Assembly (NCBI GenBank): GCA_002269645.1
Contig: NIVC01000121.1
Span: 124,001-188,000, forward strand
Reading direction: 5' to 3'
Length of the DNA: 64,000 bases
Origin: Macrostomum lignano
Taxonomy: Eukaryota
Of the stretch, positions 11,465 to 24,286 are shown piece by piece. A program made the position numbers and the translations under genes. The notes beneath the pieces were generated by a model. The model was not told the DNA's origin. It made no database searches and worked only from the letters and a program-made list of their open reading frames with translations. How positions within the stretch are numbered: position 1 is the first letter of the stretch; each line of letters opens with the position of its first letter.

Positions 11465-14400
11465 TCAAAAAAGCGCCGACTTGGCCACTTGTACTTTAAC
11501 AAACAGCGTATCATCCTTCAGGAAGCCCTTGGGCTCCAGGTCGTCCTTCGGGCAGAACTGCTCAAAGCCGAACAGCTGGCCCGTTGGCTGCGTCGGCCGC
11601 TGGAACTGAGACGACCCGTCTGGCACAATGTGCCGCGTCAGATGGTCAGACGGTGAGCTCTGGTTCATCAGAGTGAAGCTCACCTTATTCTTGAACGGCC
11701 AAGTCAGGGCGGCATCGTAGGGGCCCTTGTTGATTCGGGCGAACAGGCTGATGTGACTGCCGCGGCCGCGGCCCTGGCCGTTGAGATAGACCACCGCTGA
11801 CAGCTTGTAGCTGGGGGAGGGGGATGTTAAATAGCTGATGTCAGAGTAAGCTGTCATACAGAAGCCACTGAAGGAAGGTGGGGCCGTAGCCCAGCTTGGG
11901 TCTGCTAGTGAAATTAACGGCTTTGACGACCAACCCACAGACAGCTGCCTCTAACAAAGAAAAAAATGTCAGTTAGCTCACCCGAATTTGTCAGTGAACA
12001 GCAGAGGCGAATACAGCACTGGCTCATAATCTGTGCTGGTTGTTCTCTCTTTAAAAAAAGGAATTTTCCATATAAGAGTGCCGTCACTGCTGCCAACCTC
12101 CTGCAGACTGATGTTGCGATCCAGGTCGCATATTCGAACTTCCTGTAATAAAGAAAGAAACATAAAGTTATGAGAACTAAACTAATTAAACTAACAGCAA
12201 CAAAGTACGCAGTGCTTCAGTAAGCCCTAGAGTCGCTCAACATGCGGGTATCTCTGGGTCCTGGCTTGACCCCGCCTGAACGGTCCCGGCAAAGTGAGCA
12301 GCAGGACGTACTGGACAGGCTGGGGCAGCAACTCTCAGCCAGGATCACATGGCCTGCGCCAGTAGGAGTCGCTGCTGGATGGTGGACGGAGCTGGACTGG
12401 ATTTTCCATTTCCAACCTCTGAAGAACATCATCTCTCTTGCGATCCAGGAGCTTTTCTTTATTCCTACCAACCGATGAGGATGGACATCAACATATGCTA
12501 ATGAGCCTTGTACATCTTGGATGACTTGCGATCATGTATCTTTGGAAGATACTCGGGGCGGTCTTAATACCGAAAACTAGTCGGCTGCAGTTGTAATCGC
12601 TGAAGTCGCTGACAGTCGCTGAAGTCGCTGACAGTAGCTGACGATCACTGACAGTCGCTGACAGTCGTTGACAGTCAATGACAGTCGCTGACGATCACTG
12701 ACAGTTGGTGACAGTCGCTGAAGTCGCTGACAATCGCTGAAGTCGCTGACAATTGCTGACAGTCGCTGAAGTCGCTGACAATCGCTGAAGTCGCTGACAA
12801 TTGCTGACAGTCGCTGACAATCGCTGACAGTCGCTGACAATTGCTGACAGTCGCTGACAGTCGCTGACAATTGCTGACAGTCGCTGACAATCGCTGACAA
12901 TCGCTGACAATCGCTGACAGTCAATGACAATCGCTGACAGTGGCCGACAATCGCTGACAGTCGCTGACAATCGCTGACAGTCAATGACAATCGCTCACAA
13001 TCGCTGTCACTGACGATCACTGACAGTCGCTGACAATCGCTGACAGTCAATGACAATCGCTGACGATCACTGACAGTCGCTGACAATCGCTAATGATCAC
13101 TGACGATCACTGACAATCGCTGAAGGTCGCTGACAAACCCAGAGTCACGAGAGCTAGGAAAACCAGCGCGAAAAATAATAAAGACCAACACAGGCTTGGG
13201 GGCAGACGGACCCTCCGGCTAAGCCTAAGTCAACAAAAAAGAGCAAAACAGAGCAAAGAGAAAATAGACTAGCCGCACCGGCCAGCCAATCAAAACCCCG
13301 CCTGGGAGGAAGGGGCCAAACCCGCAGCCAATCAGCTCTGAGCACGGGGCAGGGCGCACGGCTGGGGAGGGGCACGCAAAAAGCCCGGCCGCCAGCCAGA
13401 CCTAAAGTACCTGCAAACCAGACAACAAGGGCGCTTGCACTGCATAACCAACTAACAGACTGACTAACCGACTAAGTATAAACAAACAGATTAACAGATG
13501 GCAAAAAATAATAAAATACTTGGGTTACAACGAAACTGACGAACCTTAAGCGACATGGCGCACAGAAGTTCCTTGTAAACGGCATCTCCAGCGCTAAGCT
13601 CTTCGTACTGGCGCTGCATCTGGGCCATAAACGGCTCCATAGCCCGATAGGTCACAGCCAGCTTCTTACTCATCACGTCGCGCTGTTTGTCCAACTCATC
13701 TGGAGCAATGCGCGAGAATCTCATTCTCTCGAAAAACTCTGCCTGACCACGCGGATCGCTGGTCTGCTTGGGGTGCTCCGGATAGCCAAACTTCTCCAGA
13801 TTGTACACCAACTCGGCTTTGTCAAATACATCTTCAACTATTTTCATTTCCATTTGCGAGGTTGAAACGCTCGAAGCTGAAGGCTGAGGGTACAAGTAAA
13901 TTCAATTGACATTTGACTCGACTTGAACAACTTTAAACTTTTTGCTGGGTTACACTGCCAAGCGCAAATAATCAATCATAAATAAAATTGGTTTACCAAC
14001 TATGCTCACCTCCAAACCAACAGCACCAGAATCGCCAACTTCTTGACCTTCTGAGCACTGTACAGCGCGCGATTTAGCTTTAGCCAGGAGCCTGTCAGTG
14101 TGCAAGGCTACATATTCCTGGCGATGCTCTTTAGCATTGGACACTGGCCCGCAGCCAAACGGACATGGTTGACCATCAGACCAACCAACCGGACAGTCAG
14201 TCAGCGCGTGCTTCCGCCTGGCTTCATCAGTGTCTCTTATCCTAGCTGAGCAGGAGATGCAGAGCTGCGTACTGCCAATGCACTCTCGATTTTTGTGCTC
14301 CTCTATCTGGTCATTGGGCACAGATTCTTTGCAAGACTCGCACACGACCCTTCGTTTCGGGCACTGGCTTTTCAGATGCTTGTCCATTGCACTGGCTGGC

Positions 14401-14777
14401 AATTGAGTGTTGCATTGGTCACAATGAATTTCTCTGTGCTGGCAATCTGATTCCATATGCTTTATTAGATCAGGCAGCAACATCTTCTCTGGGCAAGGTT
14501 GCCAGCGGCAGTTAAATTTTGTTTTATTGAGTTCCCGGCTCATTGCTGGATCTGGATTGACACTGCTTCTGGTCAAATGAGGCACGTCATCTTCGTCTTC
14601 TTCTTTACAGGCAATGCAGTCCATGCCTTCATCAGTTATTGCGTCTGCACAGTATCTGTGACCGCACACAGCCTGAACAGGTGACCTCATCAAATGCTTG
14701 CATTTCGGACACTTGAGTCGATTTTGCACCTGTTTCAGTTTGCCAACTTTTAAGCCGCATATGCCTCGGTCACCCAT
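11465..14777 (-). CDS. TNF receptor-associated factor (TRAF): RING, TRAF zinc fingers, helical region and MATH domain; 4 exons, 537 aa
   Basis: Exons 14777-14010, 13883-13545, 12142-11982 and 11810-11465 have GT-AG sites in phases 0/0/2 and total 1614 nt. N-terminal CPKC...CGHRYC...CIAC RING, then repeated C-x2-C...H-x3/4-C fingers. C-terminal FGYKLSAVVYLNGQGRGRGSHISLF...GPYDAALTWPFKNKVSFTLMNQ is the TRAF/MATH signature. Confidence 0.92.
12590..13135. repeat. 10-11-bp tandem repeat (TGACAGTCGC/TGACAATCGC) in TRAF intron 2
   Basis: Directly visible; absent from the homologous intron of the paralogue (42169-41918). Confidence 0.93.
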
Positions 14778-17749
14778 TCCTCTGCTGAAATTAATTATTA
14801 TAATTGTGCATAAGTCTCAGAGGAAGGGAGGTAAGTTTTATTACTTATCTAATAGATGTTTAAGAAGCAAAACATATTACTAGTTATTTATGAGCATACA
14901 TAGCGAATTTCACTGAATTCCAAGTAAATAAAATAATTTTCAAAACTCATTCAAAATTTGTACACATCTGTTATATAATATCTTTAATGAGTCAAAGTAT
15001 TGCCATTTAATTTCATGCTTGATTATTGGTTCAAACTATTAAAATAAGTTCAACTTTGATTTATTAATAATTGAATTTTGAAGTTAAAAAGTACTTAGCC
15101 AATGAAAAATACATAGTAGTAAAGTATCCCAGTTGAGACAAAATGGCATAGCAGAGTAGATGCAAGCTAAGATTCCTTGTTGTAAGGCCTAGCAATCATA
15201 TTTCTTTAGTCCTATACATGTAGTCTAATGGGATTTGTAAAGTAAGGGAAAGTTATATTTGCTTATAGCATTTAACATATTAGAGGTCTACTGCTACTGC
15301 ATAGATGGGCAAATGGGCATTGCTGCCTGACAGCAGAGTTTATCTACTTTAGTGGTCTAGTGCCAAGCATCATGGACAACTAACACTATTGAACATAACA
15401 CTATTGAATAACACTATTAAATAAAGCTTAAATTCAAAAATAGGCTATGCTTATTACTTATTATCTAAATCTTATCATTATTTTTTATTTTAAACCTTTG
15501 TTCTTGGGCTTATCTTAACACTTTGATTTCATTTTTTGAACTTGCAAAGCCATCTTTAAAATTGACTTTATTGTCTTGAAATAATTTTGTAGATAATCTC
15601 TTTATCTTTAATACTTAAGTCCCTAGCCTCTAACTAGATAGTTTTATTAAGAATAAGATTAAGTAAAATGGTAAAAGCAATAACTAAAGGCCCAATGATA
15701 ATTAAAGTTAGAAGATATATTAAAGAATAGTCTTATAGCAAGTCATAGAATGAAGTCTATATATCTATATATTTTCTTTTTTTATAATATGATTTATGTT
15801 TACTAATTAGTAGGTCTATTCCTAGTCTTTCATAATTAAAGCTTATTACCTTATTACCCCCGTAGCTACCAAGTTGTGAAAAAAAATTCTCAATTTTTGT
15901 TGTTTATATATGTAAAAGTTTTAGGAGTATTAAATCAAATTTTGTATTGCTTTATGAGCTCAATGAGCTGCTTCAGATAAAATAGAAACCAAACTAACCC
16001 ACTCAAATGTTCCAGCCATGTTGACTAAAAGACACGAAATCACTGCTTTGCTTTGCGTGGGCCACATCAATGTGTTTATTGCCACTTGATAGTCTGTTGT
16101 GACCCAAAGACTGTTTACAATGCCAAGCAGCTTCTAGAGGCTGAAGAGACTTTGGAGAGATGTCCTGGCTCTGGGCATCCAGCCAAACTCCATCTGGCCC
16201 AAGTTAAGAAGACTTTCATGGGCAACCCGAATTGCTCTATCATTTCAGCTGCTGCCGATGCAAATGTGAGCTGCTCTACCATGTCCAGGGCTGTTAAGAA
16301 GGCAGGCGGAGTCTCAATATGTCTGGCAGAGTGGCCCTTGTTAACACAACGTCAATAGGATGTCTGGTTAGAGTGCTCTAAGAAGCTGCTCAACTTCCTG
16401 AAATCCTGACCAGCTGGCAGGACAATCATCTTCTTTGATAAAAAGACATTTTCAGTGGATCTTGCATTCAACAAGCAAAATGACAGGTTTGTAAGCTTTG
16501 AAAGTGCAGACAAGGTGGGCTGTGTGATATCAACAACAAAGCACCCAGCATTGGCTATGATGCTTGGTGTGATTAGCTCCTCTGGCCATTTAATGCCTCC
16601 TATGTGGTTTCCCATTGGATATTGACTCATAGCTACAGAATATAAGAAGGTATTGGAGGAGCAAGTCTTGCCCTGGATCCACCCTATTGTCTCTAACAAC
16701 AACTGTGTGTTTCAACAGGATGGCACCCCAGCTTATATGGCCCTCCTTGTCCAGAAATGGATGGATGAAAACATGAGGTTTTGGCCAAAGGACTTTTGGC
16801 CGAGCTACAGAGTCCAGACCTTAACCTATTAGACTTTAGTGTATGGTCACATGTGGAGTCTGAGGCCTGCTCTGTTTACCACCAAAATATGGAATCAATG
16901 AAGGCTTTAGTCGATGAGGTGTAAAACAGCCTGCCAGCCAAATACATCAGAAAGGTGTGCTTTGCCTTTTGACCCCATTTAGAGCAAGTGATCCAAGCCA
17001 ATGGAGGCTATATTGAATAGAATAGAGGGTCCCAGGTCAATTCGGTGACAAGACATTTCGGTGACAACAACTTCGGTGACAACTTGGGACGTTTCGGTGA
17101 CACCAGTGGTCAATTCGGTGACAAGCTTTTTAGACTTGATTTGACTATTTTTCGTTGTTAAATATTAATATATATAAGCTGTTAATACGGCTCGTATAAA
17201 CTCTTATTAAAGTAATAAAGGTTCGTATGCTATACTATCAATTATCATTTTGTTTGAGTGCGTTTCGAGGCATAATGTCACTTATGTTTAACAGCGCGCA
17301 CTTAATTTTATCCATACTTTTAATTTTTCAACCCAAGTCAACGACAATTGATTATTAGATTTTTTGTACTACATCTATATGTACATGTATTGTAGATGTA
17401 CATGTACGTCTTAAAAGCCATTGAACGAGTTCAGAAAACAACTGTATATCTAATAGCGTAGCTTATGACTGTACATGTTTTTATGTGCTAATTCAGGGAC
17501 TATAAGGCAAGGGGCGCCAATAGGGGCGGACGTACCCGCGGATAGAGCTTGATAGAACTTATTGAGCCCCCAAAAACCTAAGTTTGCACCCTTTAAACTA
17601 GATTTTTCCCTCCTACACGCATTTTTTGCACCCCTAGCTTAAAAATTGGCGCCCCTCATACTCATGAATTATTGGCGCCCAAAACTTGGACCGACGCCCC
17701 GGCCCCCCTTCGGCCCCCAAAAGAAATTCTAGATCCGCTACTGTGTGTG

Positions 17750-18194
17750 GGTCACTGGTCAGATCGTCATATTGGCCATTTCGTCATATCGGATGACGAA
17801 GTGACCAGAAGCAAAGTAGCTTTGAAAAATAATATGACGAAGTGACCAAATATTTAGTTATGCTGGATACTTCGTCATCAAACCAATCAATCTGTGTGAG
17901 ATTCGAGTTAGTGTAAACTATTTTTGTCTTTATTAACTATCAGCTGCGGCAAGCAGAACCGATCGATCGACAGGTTTTATCAATCGAGATGTCAAAATGA
18001 CTGGGATGATTAGGATTCCATGTAAATATGTTTAATTGCCACATCAATTCACTTGGAAGTTGGAACTGGTGGATGACGAAATGACTCTCTTGAGGTAGTG
18101 CATGCAAATCAAGATGACGAAGTGACCCTAGTCGAGGTGGGCACCCCAGACACCCCAGATGACGAAATGGCAGATGACGAAGTGACTAGGAACC
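17750..18194. mobile_element. MITE nested in the MULE
   Basis: GG...CC termini with inverted arrays of TCGTCAT and ATGACGAAGTGAC. Flanks TGTGTGTG (17742-17749) and TGTATGTG (18195-18202) form an 8-bp TSD with one mismatch. Confidence 0.65.
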
Positions 18195-18826
18195 TGTATG
18201 TGCGCCTCACAGAGTATAGATTATGGGTGAGTTGGCTTGAAATTTATCATGTAATTAATTTTGGCGCTTATTGACAAAGCTGTACTGTGAACTTATGGTC
18301 GTGGCGATCGTGACCATGTTAACATAAACACATGTGTACAAATGTAAAGTCATACAAAACTTGGTCTTCTACATTTAGTAAATGAATAACACTTATTCGT
18401 TCATTCAGCAACACAGTTAAGTGAATGTGATAATTATACTATATAAGAAAATTGCTGTGCTCTTGTTGGCACTCATTACATCACAATTACTGGTTGCTAA
18501 CCGCTAAATCCATGAATCACAGAACCAGCATTAAGTTATGCTAGGTAATTTAAACGGATGTGGTCAATCAGAATTGCTTACTTTCTACGCAATCGAAATT
18601 CTGTGATATTGTGATATTCTATTGGTTAAAACGCCATCACATTACGTGTATATTGCGCATGCGTCCTATATCAATACTTTTACAGAAGCAATTGAACGCA
18701 AGACCCATATAGCTACCAGTCGGCGCACTATATATTTACTCTTTAACACTCAAGAATATCGACTTAATATCTTCTCTGCATCTAAAAAGCAACTAGCTAG
18801 CTAAAGAATACTAGCTCAATTGTCTG

Positions 18827-20308
18827 ATGGAAGTCGAAGAAGACGTCTGTCCAGCGTGTGTCAGAGCAGTAACTGACGAGGAGCCTGCATTAAATTGTGA
18901 CAAGTGCAAACATTGGTTCCATCGACTGTGTTTGACTGGTAAGTTTATGCCCTATATTCTGCATCCCATCAACTTAGTGTGTATTCATTCTTAAAAAGGA
19001 AGAGGAGAAAGAGGGTAGAGGGGGGAGAAGGTAGAGGAGAGAGTGAAGAGGAAAAGAGGGTAGGGGAGAGAAGGTGGGGAGAGAGGTAGAGGGGGAGAAG
19101 GTAGAGGAGAGAGTGAAGAGGAAAAGAGAGTAGGGGAGAGAAGGTGGGGAGAGGAGGTAGAGAGGAGAGAGGGTATGTGGAGAGATGATAAATGGCTGAA
19201 ATTGTTTTTGCTTTTTATTTTAGGAGCATCGTTCATTTCTGCTGCACAGTATAAGAAATTGATGAAGAAGAGTTCTTTTTCTTGGTGCTGCATGATCTGC
19301 ACTACTCAGGAGGTGCATGTAGAGAGCGATGCTGAGGTTGAAGTTGCTGCTGCCGGTGGTGATGAGGTAGAGAGCGATGCCGAAATCGAAGTTGCTGCTG
19401 CCGGTGGTGATGAGGTAGAGAGCGATGCCGAAATCGAAGTTGCTGCTGCCGGTGGTGATGAGGTAGAGAGCGATGCCGAAATCGAAGTTGCTGCTGCCGG
19501 TGGTGATGAGGTGGAGAGCGATGCCGAAATCGAAGTTGCTGCTGCCGGTGGTAGCGAAAGTGATGAGGTAGAGAGCGATGTTGAGATCCAAGTTGCTGCT
19601 ACTGCTGATTCATCGATTGAAGACCCAGACCCTCAACCAGTCGCTGATCACAATCGTCCAGAGACATTTGAGGTACTTCAAAACGGAAGCAATAGAGGTT
19701 CAGTCCTTGTTGTTTCCTCAAAAGGATACAGCTATGGTTTTCACCGTAGGCGTGGTGATCACGAATACTACAGATGCACTCAGCGCAATCGACATACGCC
19801 ATGCTGTGCGACCCTAAATCGCAGAGCCGGTGAAGACTTCCGACCAGGAAAAAGGAACCACTGCCATGCACCAACAGCTGATGCTTGTGCAGTACGAAAA
19901 ATTATTCGAGACGTGAAGACATCAGCAGCTGCGGATGTCTTCAAATCTGCTGCGGCTCTATCAGAGAAGCGACTTCTACACAGTTATCGTTCGTCAGAGG
20001 CTAAAAACTTGCCAAATCCAGCGAATCTTGCTAGAACAGCTAATCGTTTTCGAGAAAGGCAACGGCCAGAGGAGCCAAAGACATTAAACTTTGAGCTGCA
20101 GCACGAAGCGATTCCCAATGGCTTTTACAGAAGCGATGTTCGAGTCGGGGACCGTCGTCACCTTGTCTTTGCGACTGAGCAACAGATTGCTTTGTTGAAA
20201 AAAACTTCCGACATCTACATGGACGGAACCTTCTCAATCGTAAGAAGGCCTTTTGTGCAGCTCTATTCACTTCATGGTTTTCTGAGGGCGGAAGGACAAA
20301 TAAAACAG
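18827..20308 (+). pseudogene. Truncated MULE transposase with N-terminal PHD finger, acidic 48-bp coding repeat, FLYWCH finger and start of the MULE DDE domain
   Basis: Exon 18827-18938 (CPAC...CDKCKHWFHRLC) splices phase 1 to 19224 (...WCCMIC), completing a C4HC3 PHD. It is followed by (VESDAEIEVAAAGGDE)n, KGYSYGFHR...YYRCTQR...C...HCH (FLYWCH) and IYMDGTF.IV..PFVQLYSLHG (first catalytic Asp). A donor CAG|GTAATA at 20309 lies about 80 bp from the right TIR, so the rest is missing. Confidence 0.85.
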
Positions 20309-23113
20309 GTAATAATTAAGTTCCTACTGAAACGCTTATAAAGTATAAAGCACAAAGCATAAAGTATAAAGCCCACCAAGTACGCTCGTATCCTGAATTA
20401 GCACATAAAAACATGTACAGTCATAAGCTACGCTATAGATATACAGTTGTTTTCTGAACTCGTTCAATGGCTTTTAAGACGTACATGTACATCTACAATA
20501 CATGTACATGTAGATTGTAGTACAAAAAATCTAATAATCAATTGTCGTTGACTTGGGTTGAAAAATTAAAAGTATGGATAAAATTAAGTGCGCGCTGTTA
20601 AACATAAGTGACATTATGCCTCGAAACGCACTCAAACAAAATGATAATTGATAGTATAGCATACGAACCTTTATTACTTTAATAAGAGTTTATACGAGCC
20701 GTATTAACAGCTTATATATATTAATATTTAACAACGAAAAATAGTCAAATCAAGTCTAAAAAGCTTGTCACCGAATTGACCACTGGTGTCACCGAAACGT
20801 CCCAAGTTGTCACCGAAGTTGTTGTCACCGAAATGTCTTGTCACCGAATTGACCTGGGACCGAATAGAGCCTAGTTATGCTACTTTTCTACAGTATTTAT
20901 CAGATCATCCAAAGCTGCTTTTAATTCAGATTTAGGCCTATGCTAATAGATAAACAAAAGAAAGAAATTGGGATTTTTTTTGCATGACCCAGTATTTATA
21001 GGGGAAGTTATAGCTAATAGAGCCTATATTAAGCAAAGACAACTAGGGCTTAGGCAAGGCAAAGGGCAAAGAAAGGGCAAGGAAGGGCCAGGAAAAAGCA
21101 AAGAAAATAAAAAGGGGCCCAAATGATTATCTGCTAAGTGCTAAGCCTAATCTTTCTAGGAAATGACTAGTATAAAAGATTTTCAATTTGCATTCAATAT
21201 AAATTTAGGCCTCTATATGTGTTTAGTATGAATTGTATTATACATAGGCCTAGATAACATTGATCTAATTCTAAAATTCTAAAAAGCAAATAGGAAAAGT
21301 AAATTTTAAATAAAGAGGAAAAGGAGGGAGGAAAAATGAGGAAAGTATCAATAGTTGCCCTTCCATATTTGAGAGTGCTATGCCAATGTGCTGCCACTGC
21401 CATTGAATGCTCCTTTGCTATGATGGCTGGTCTTGTGTTGCACTGTGTGTGCCATGGTGGCATGGTCTTGGTCTGCTGCACTAGCACGAGTACACTGCTT
21501 GATCTGTGGGCTGACCCTGAAGTTTGAGTGACAAGTTTTAGACTTTATAGTGTGCCATTGTTATTCTAGTAAATAGTGTGAAACCACTACTGTCTGGGAG
21601 AACTTTTTTGCTCAAATACGAAAATTATATAGGCCTACATTACAAAACAGAGGCCTGGGAATTCATGACACTAGGCCTAGGCCTACAATAGGCCCGTAGG
21701 GGGCCTGCAAAGTGGCTCTAGCTCTAGTCTAGGAAAATCACAATTGAGAAAGAATTGTCGCTCGAATCTACAAAATCGTGATCGCGTTTGACCCCCACCA
21801 AAGCTAGAGCAGTGGATATTGAAAGTTGCAATAATTCGGCTAGTAGATTAGTAAACTAGGTCTTGAGTTTAAAAAGTTGGAAAAATTTTCGTGACAGTGA
21901 CGGTGACGCCTTTAAGTCTTGACTAGTTATAGTAAGATGCATTCAATCAATACACATAAACTTACATCGATGGATTCATCTATGACTGTCACTATATCTG
22001 AGATCTTTGAACTGAAAACGAAATGTTTGGTAAGTATAGGTATCGGTTTACTGAAACTGAAATAAGGGATATACCATATATCACATGTGGATCATGGAAC
22101 ATGGAACTAACAATCAATTCGAACACATCAGACCGATCTCCGATTACGCCGATAGTAATAAGAAATACTTAACAAGAATTTTTATAAAACAATTACTTCG
22201 ATGTTTTGTTTCTAGACTTCTAGCCAAGGTATGGGAGAAATGTTAAATGTAAGTAATTTTGTTATGAAAACTAAAGGTTTCTTAGAAGCTAGTATGCATG
22301 AAACTTGAGCATGTAATTCTTAAATTTACGGCGTGAGCATGTAATATAATAACTTAACTTTACAATATGAAATAAGCATGTCATATTTAACGGTACTTAA
22401 CGGTACTATAGCTATATACAGGGTCCCTGATTTTAGACATCAGTGACATACGTAGTAAGTATCGAAACCGACGCCGTTCTAAATTTCTGAGAATTTTAAT
22501 GCATGGCAACCCATGGTTTTTTTAAGACAACGCGTCTCAATGTTTTTTGATTACATCAGCTACCCCTGTTGTACGTAAAGCTCAAGGCGCATACCCCGAC
22601 CGCGGCTATATTAAAAAATTCGTTTAACAGTAGAAAGACCATGCATGGGGGTTGTATTTCAAATACACACATTTTTCCTTTGTCTGTATCTTCAAAAATA
22701 TTCAACCAATTGCCATGAAAATCCAGAAACACGTGCTAAAATTTTCCGCTCTATTCGATGAAGCAAATTCGAGAATGATTACGAAAAATCGGCATCGTCG
22801 AGATAATTCTACGATTCTCCTCGGGGTGTCTGGCGGCAAAAACCACCAACATTGGCAATATTTTTCTGCTCACAAAATCTCATCATGAAACCACGTCGGC
22901 CCAAAAAACTATGCATATTAGTCGCAGGGACTTTTGCTCTCAGCATCCCAGGCCCCAGGGCCCCCCCCATCTCCGTCTGGAGCATCGGCGGCGACCGTCG
23001 GGACTTTAATAATGCGAGAGGTCCAGCGTTTTCTAGCAACTCAGCAGTCACCATCTGCAACGGCGCAAGTTCCTCGGGCGGCAGGCCCAGTCACAACAAC
23101 AGCAGCAACAGCC

Positions 23114-23929
23114 GGGTCCGGCATTTCTAACAACAGCATCCAAAAAGATCGCGGGAGGAAGAGTCGCGTCGTCGACGCAAGCGGAGCTGTATGCAATCTG
23201 GGAAGCGACTAGATGGCTTGCTGCTGAGCAATACAACTGGAGTAAAGCGGTGGTGTGCACGGACAGTAAGAGCGGCCTCCAAACCATCAGCAGGCAGGGA
23301 AAGAATCCGTTTTCCAGGATTATTAGGTCGGAGCTCGGTAAGCTGGACCGGAACGAAAAACGGGTGACTTTGCTCTGGATCCCCAGCCACTGCGGGATCA
23401 GAGGGAATGAGGAGGCGGACAAGGTGGCGGGAGAGGCGATTAACGAGATGAGGCACGACGACACGAAGGTGTTAGCCAGCACGGTCGCGAAGAGGGCGAG
23501 GCGGATCGGGAGGCAGATTTGTGAGTGGGGGCATGAGAGAATGAGGAGGGTGTATGCAAGCACGAACGGCAGGAAGAGAGACCCGGGGTTCAACTGCAGA
23601 GAGGATGAAGTGAGCTACAGAAGAATGCGCACGGGGCACTCGATTGAGCTGGCTGCCTACAGGAGAAGAATTGGGCTGCAGGAGGAAGGACGGTGCCGGT
23701 GTTGTGGCATGGAAGATGAGACGATGGAGCACATCTGGGACTGCCCGGCGACGGATGGCAGAAGGAGGATGTGGTGCTGTGAAGGCATGCAGGCGGTTTG
23801 CGAGCAACCGGAGGAAGCCCAGAGTTACTGGGAGTGGTGGAGAAGCCTCCCACAGTGGGGCGCCAGTGTCGAGGACGAAACAGACAGGGCGGAGTAGCAG
23901 AGTAGTTGGCATCAAGAACAACAACAACA
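23114..23929 (+). mobile_element. 5'-truncated non-LTR retrotransposon with RNase H and C-terminal CCHC (I-group-like), (AAC)n tail
   Basis: ORF 23250-23897 contains CTDSKSGLQ, VTLLWIPSHCGIRGNEEADKVA, RMRTGH and CRCCG...ETMEHIWDCP. The (AAC)n tail lies at ~23917-23937. The direct repeat AGCAGCAACAGCC at 23101-23113 and 23938-23950 is the TSD. Confidence 0.85.
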
Positions 23930-24286
23930 ACAACAACAGCAGCAACAGCCACATTTGGAAATTGGTGGCTATGGTGAGTTTGGCTTGGCGACGAGTTTGC
24001 TCCGAACCCATGCTAGACCCGAGGCAGAACAAGCTAGCTTAGCGGGAGGAACTGCTGGCAGTCAAGGTGCGAGTTCTACGGAACACGAACTGTCAAAAGA
24101 TCTTTGGAAGATGTTGCGTCGAGTTGAAATTTCTACCTTTTACGGAGAAAAACAGCAGTACGAGGCATGGAAGGCAGCGTTCATGGCATGCATCGATAGG
24201 GCTCCTGCGACTCCTGAATTTAAACTGCTTCAGCTGCCGCAGTATTTGAAGGGAGCAGCACTAAAAGATATCGAACACCTAGGTCA

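Larger units (their letters stand above)
17028..20861 (+). mobile_element. Mutator-like element (MULE), internally deleted, ~470-bp TIRs, 8-bp TSD
   Basis: Near-perfect inverted repeats 17028-17497 and 20392-20861, with GGTCCCAGG termini and repeated TTCGGTGACA motifs. TSD GAATAGAG at 17020-17027 and 20862-20869. Confidence 0.92.
15869..20992 (+). mobile_element. Decayed Tc1/mariner-superfamily transposon, interrupted by a MULE at 17028-20861
   Basis: Frameshifted transposase at ~16019-17020: KTVYN...LERCPGSGHP (HTH), VFQQDGTPAY, KDFWP.., (S)PDLNLLDFSVW, ANGGYIE*. Degenerate TIRs (AAAAAAAATTCTCAATTT versus AAATTGGGATTTTTTTT) are flanked by TA at 15867-15868 and 20993-20994. Confidence 0.75.

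Noticed and set aside
13154-13440. CCAAT/GC-box cluster in TRAF intron 2 as an internal promoter
   Set aside because: The motifs are visible, but the segment is absent from the paralogue and more likely an inserted repeat fragment; no support for function.
17494-17743. Separate CAG...CTG-terminated transposon inside the MULE
   Set aside because: The right end (CTAGATCCGCTACTG) looks like a DNA-transposon terminus, but no matching left TIR or TSD was found.
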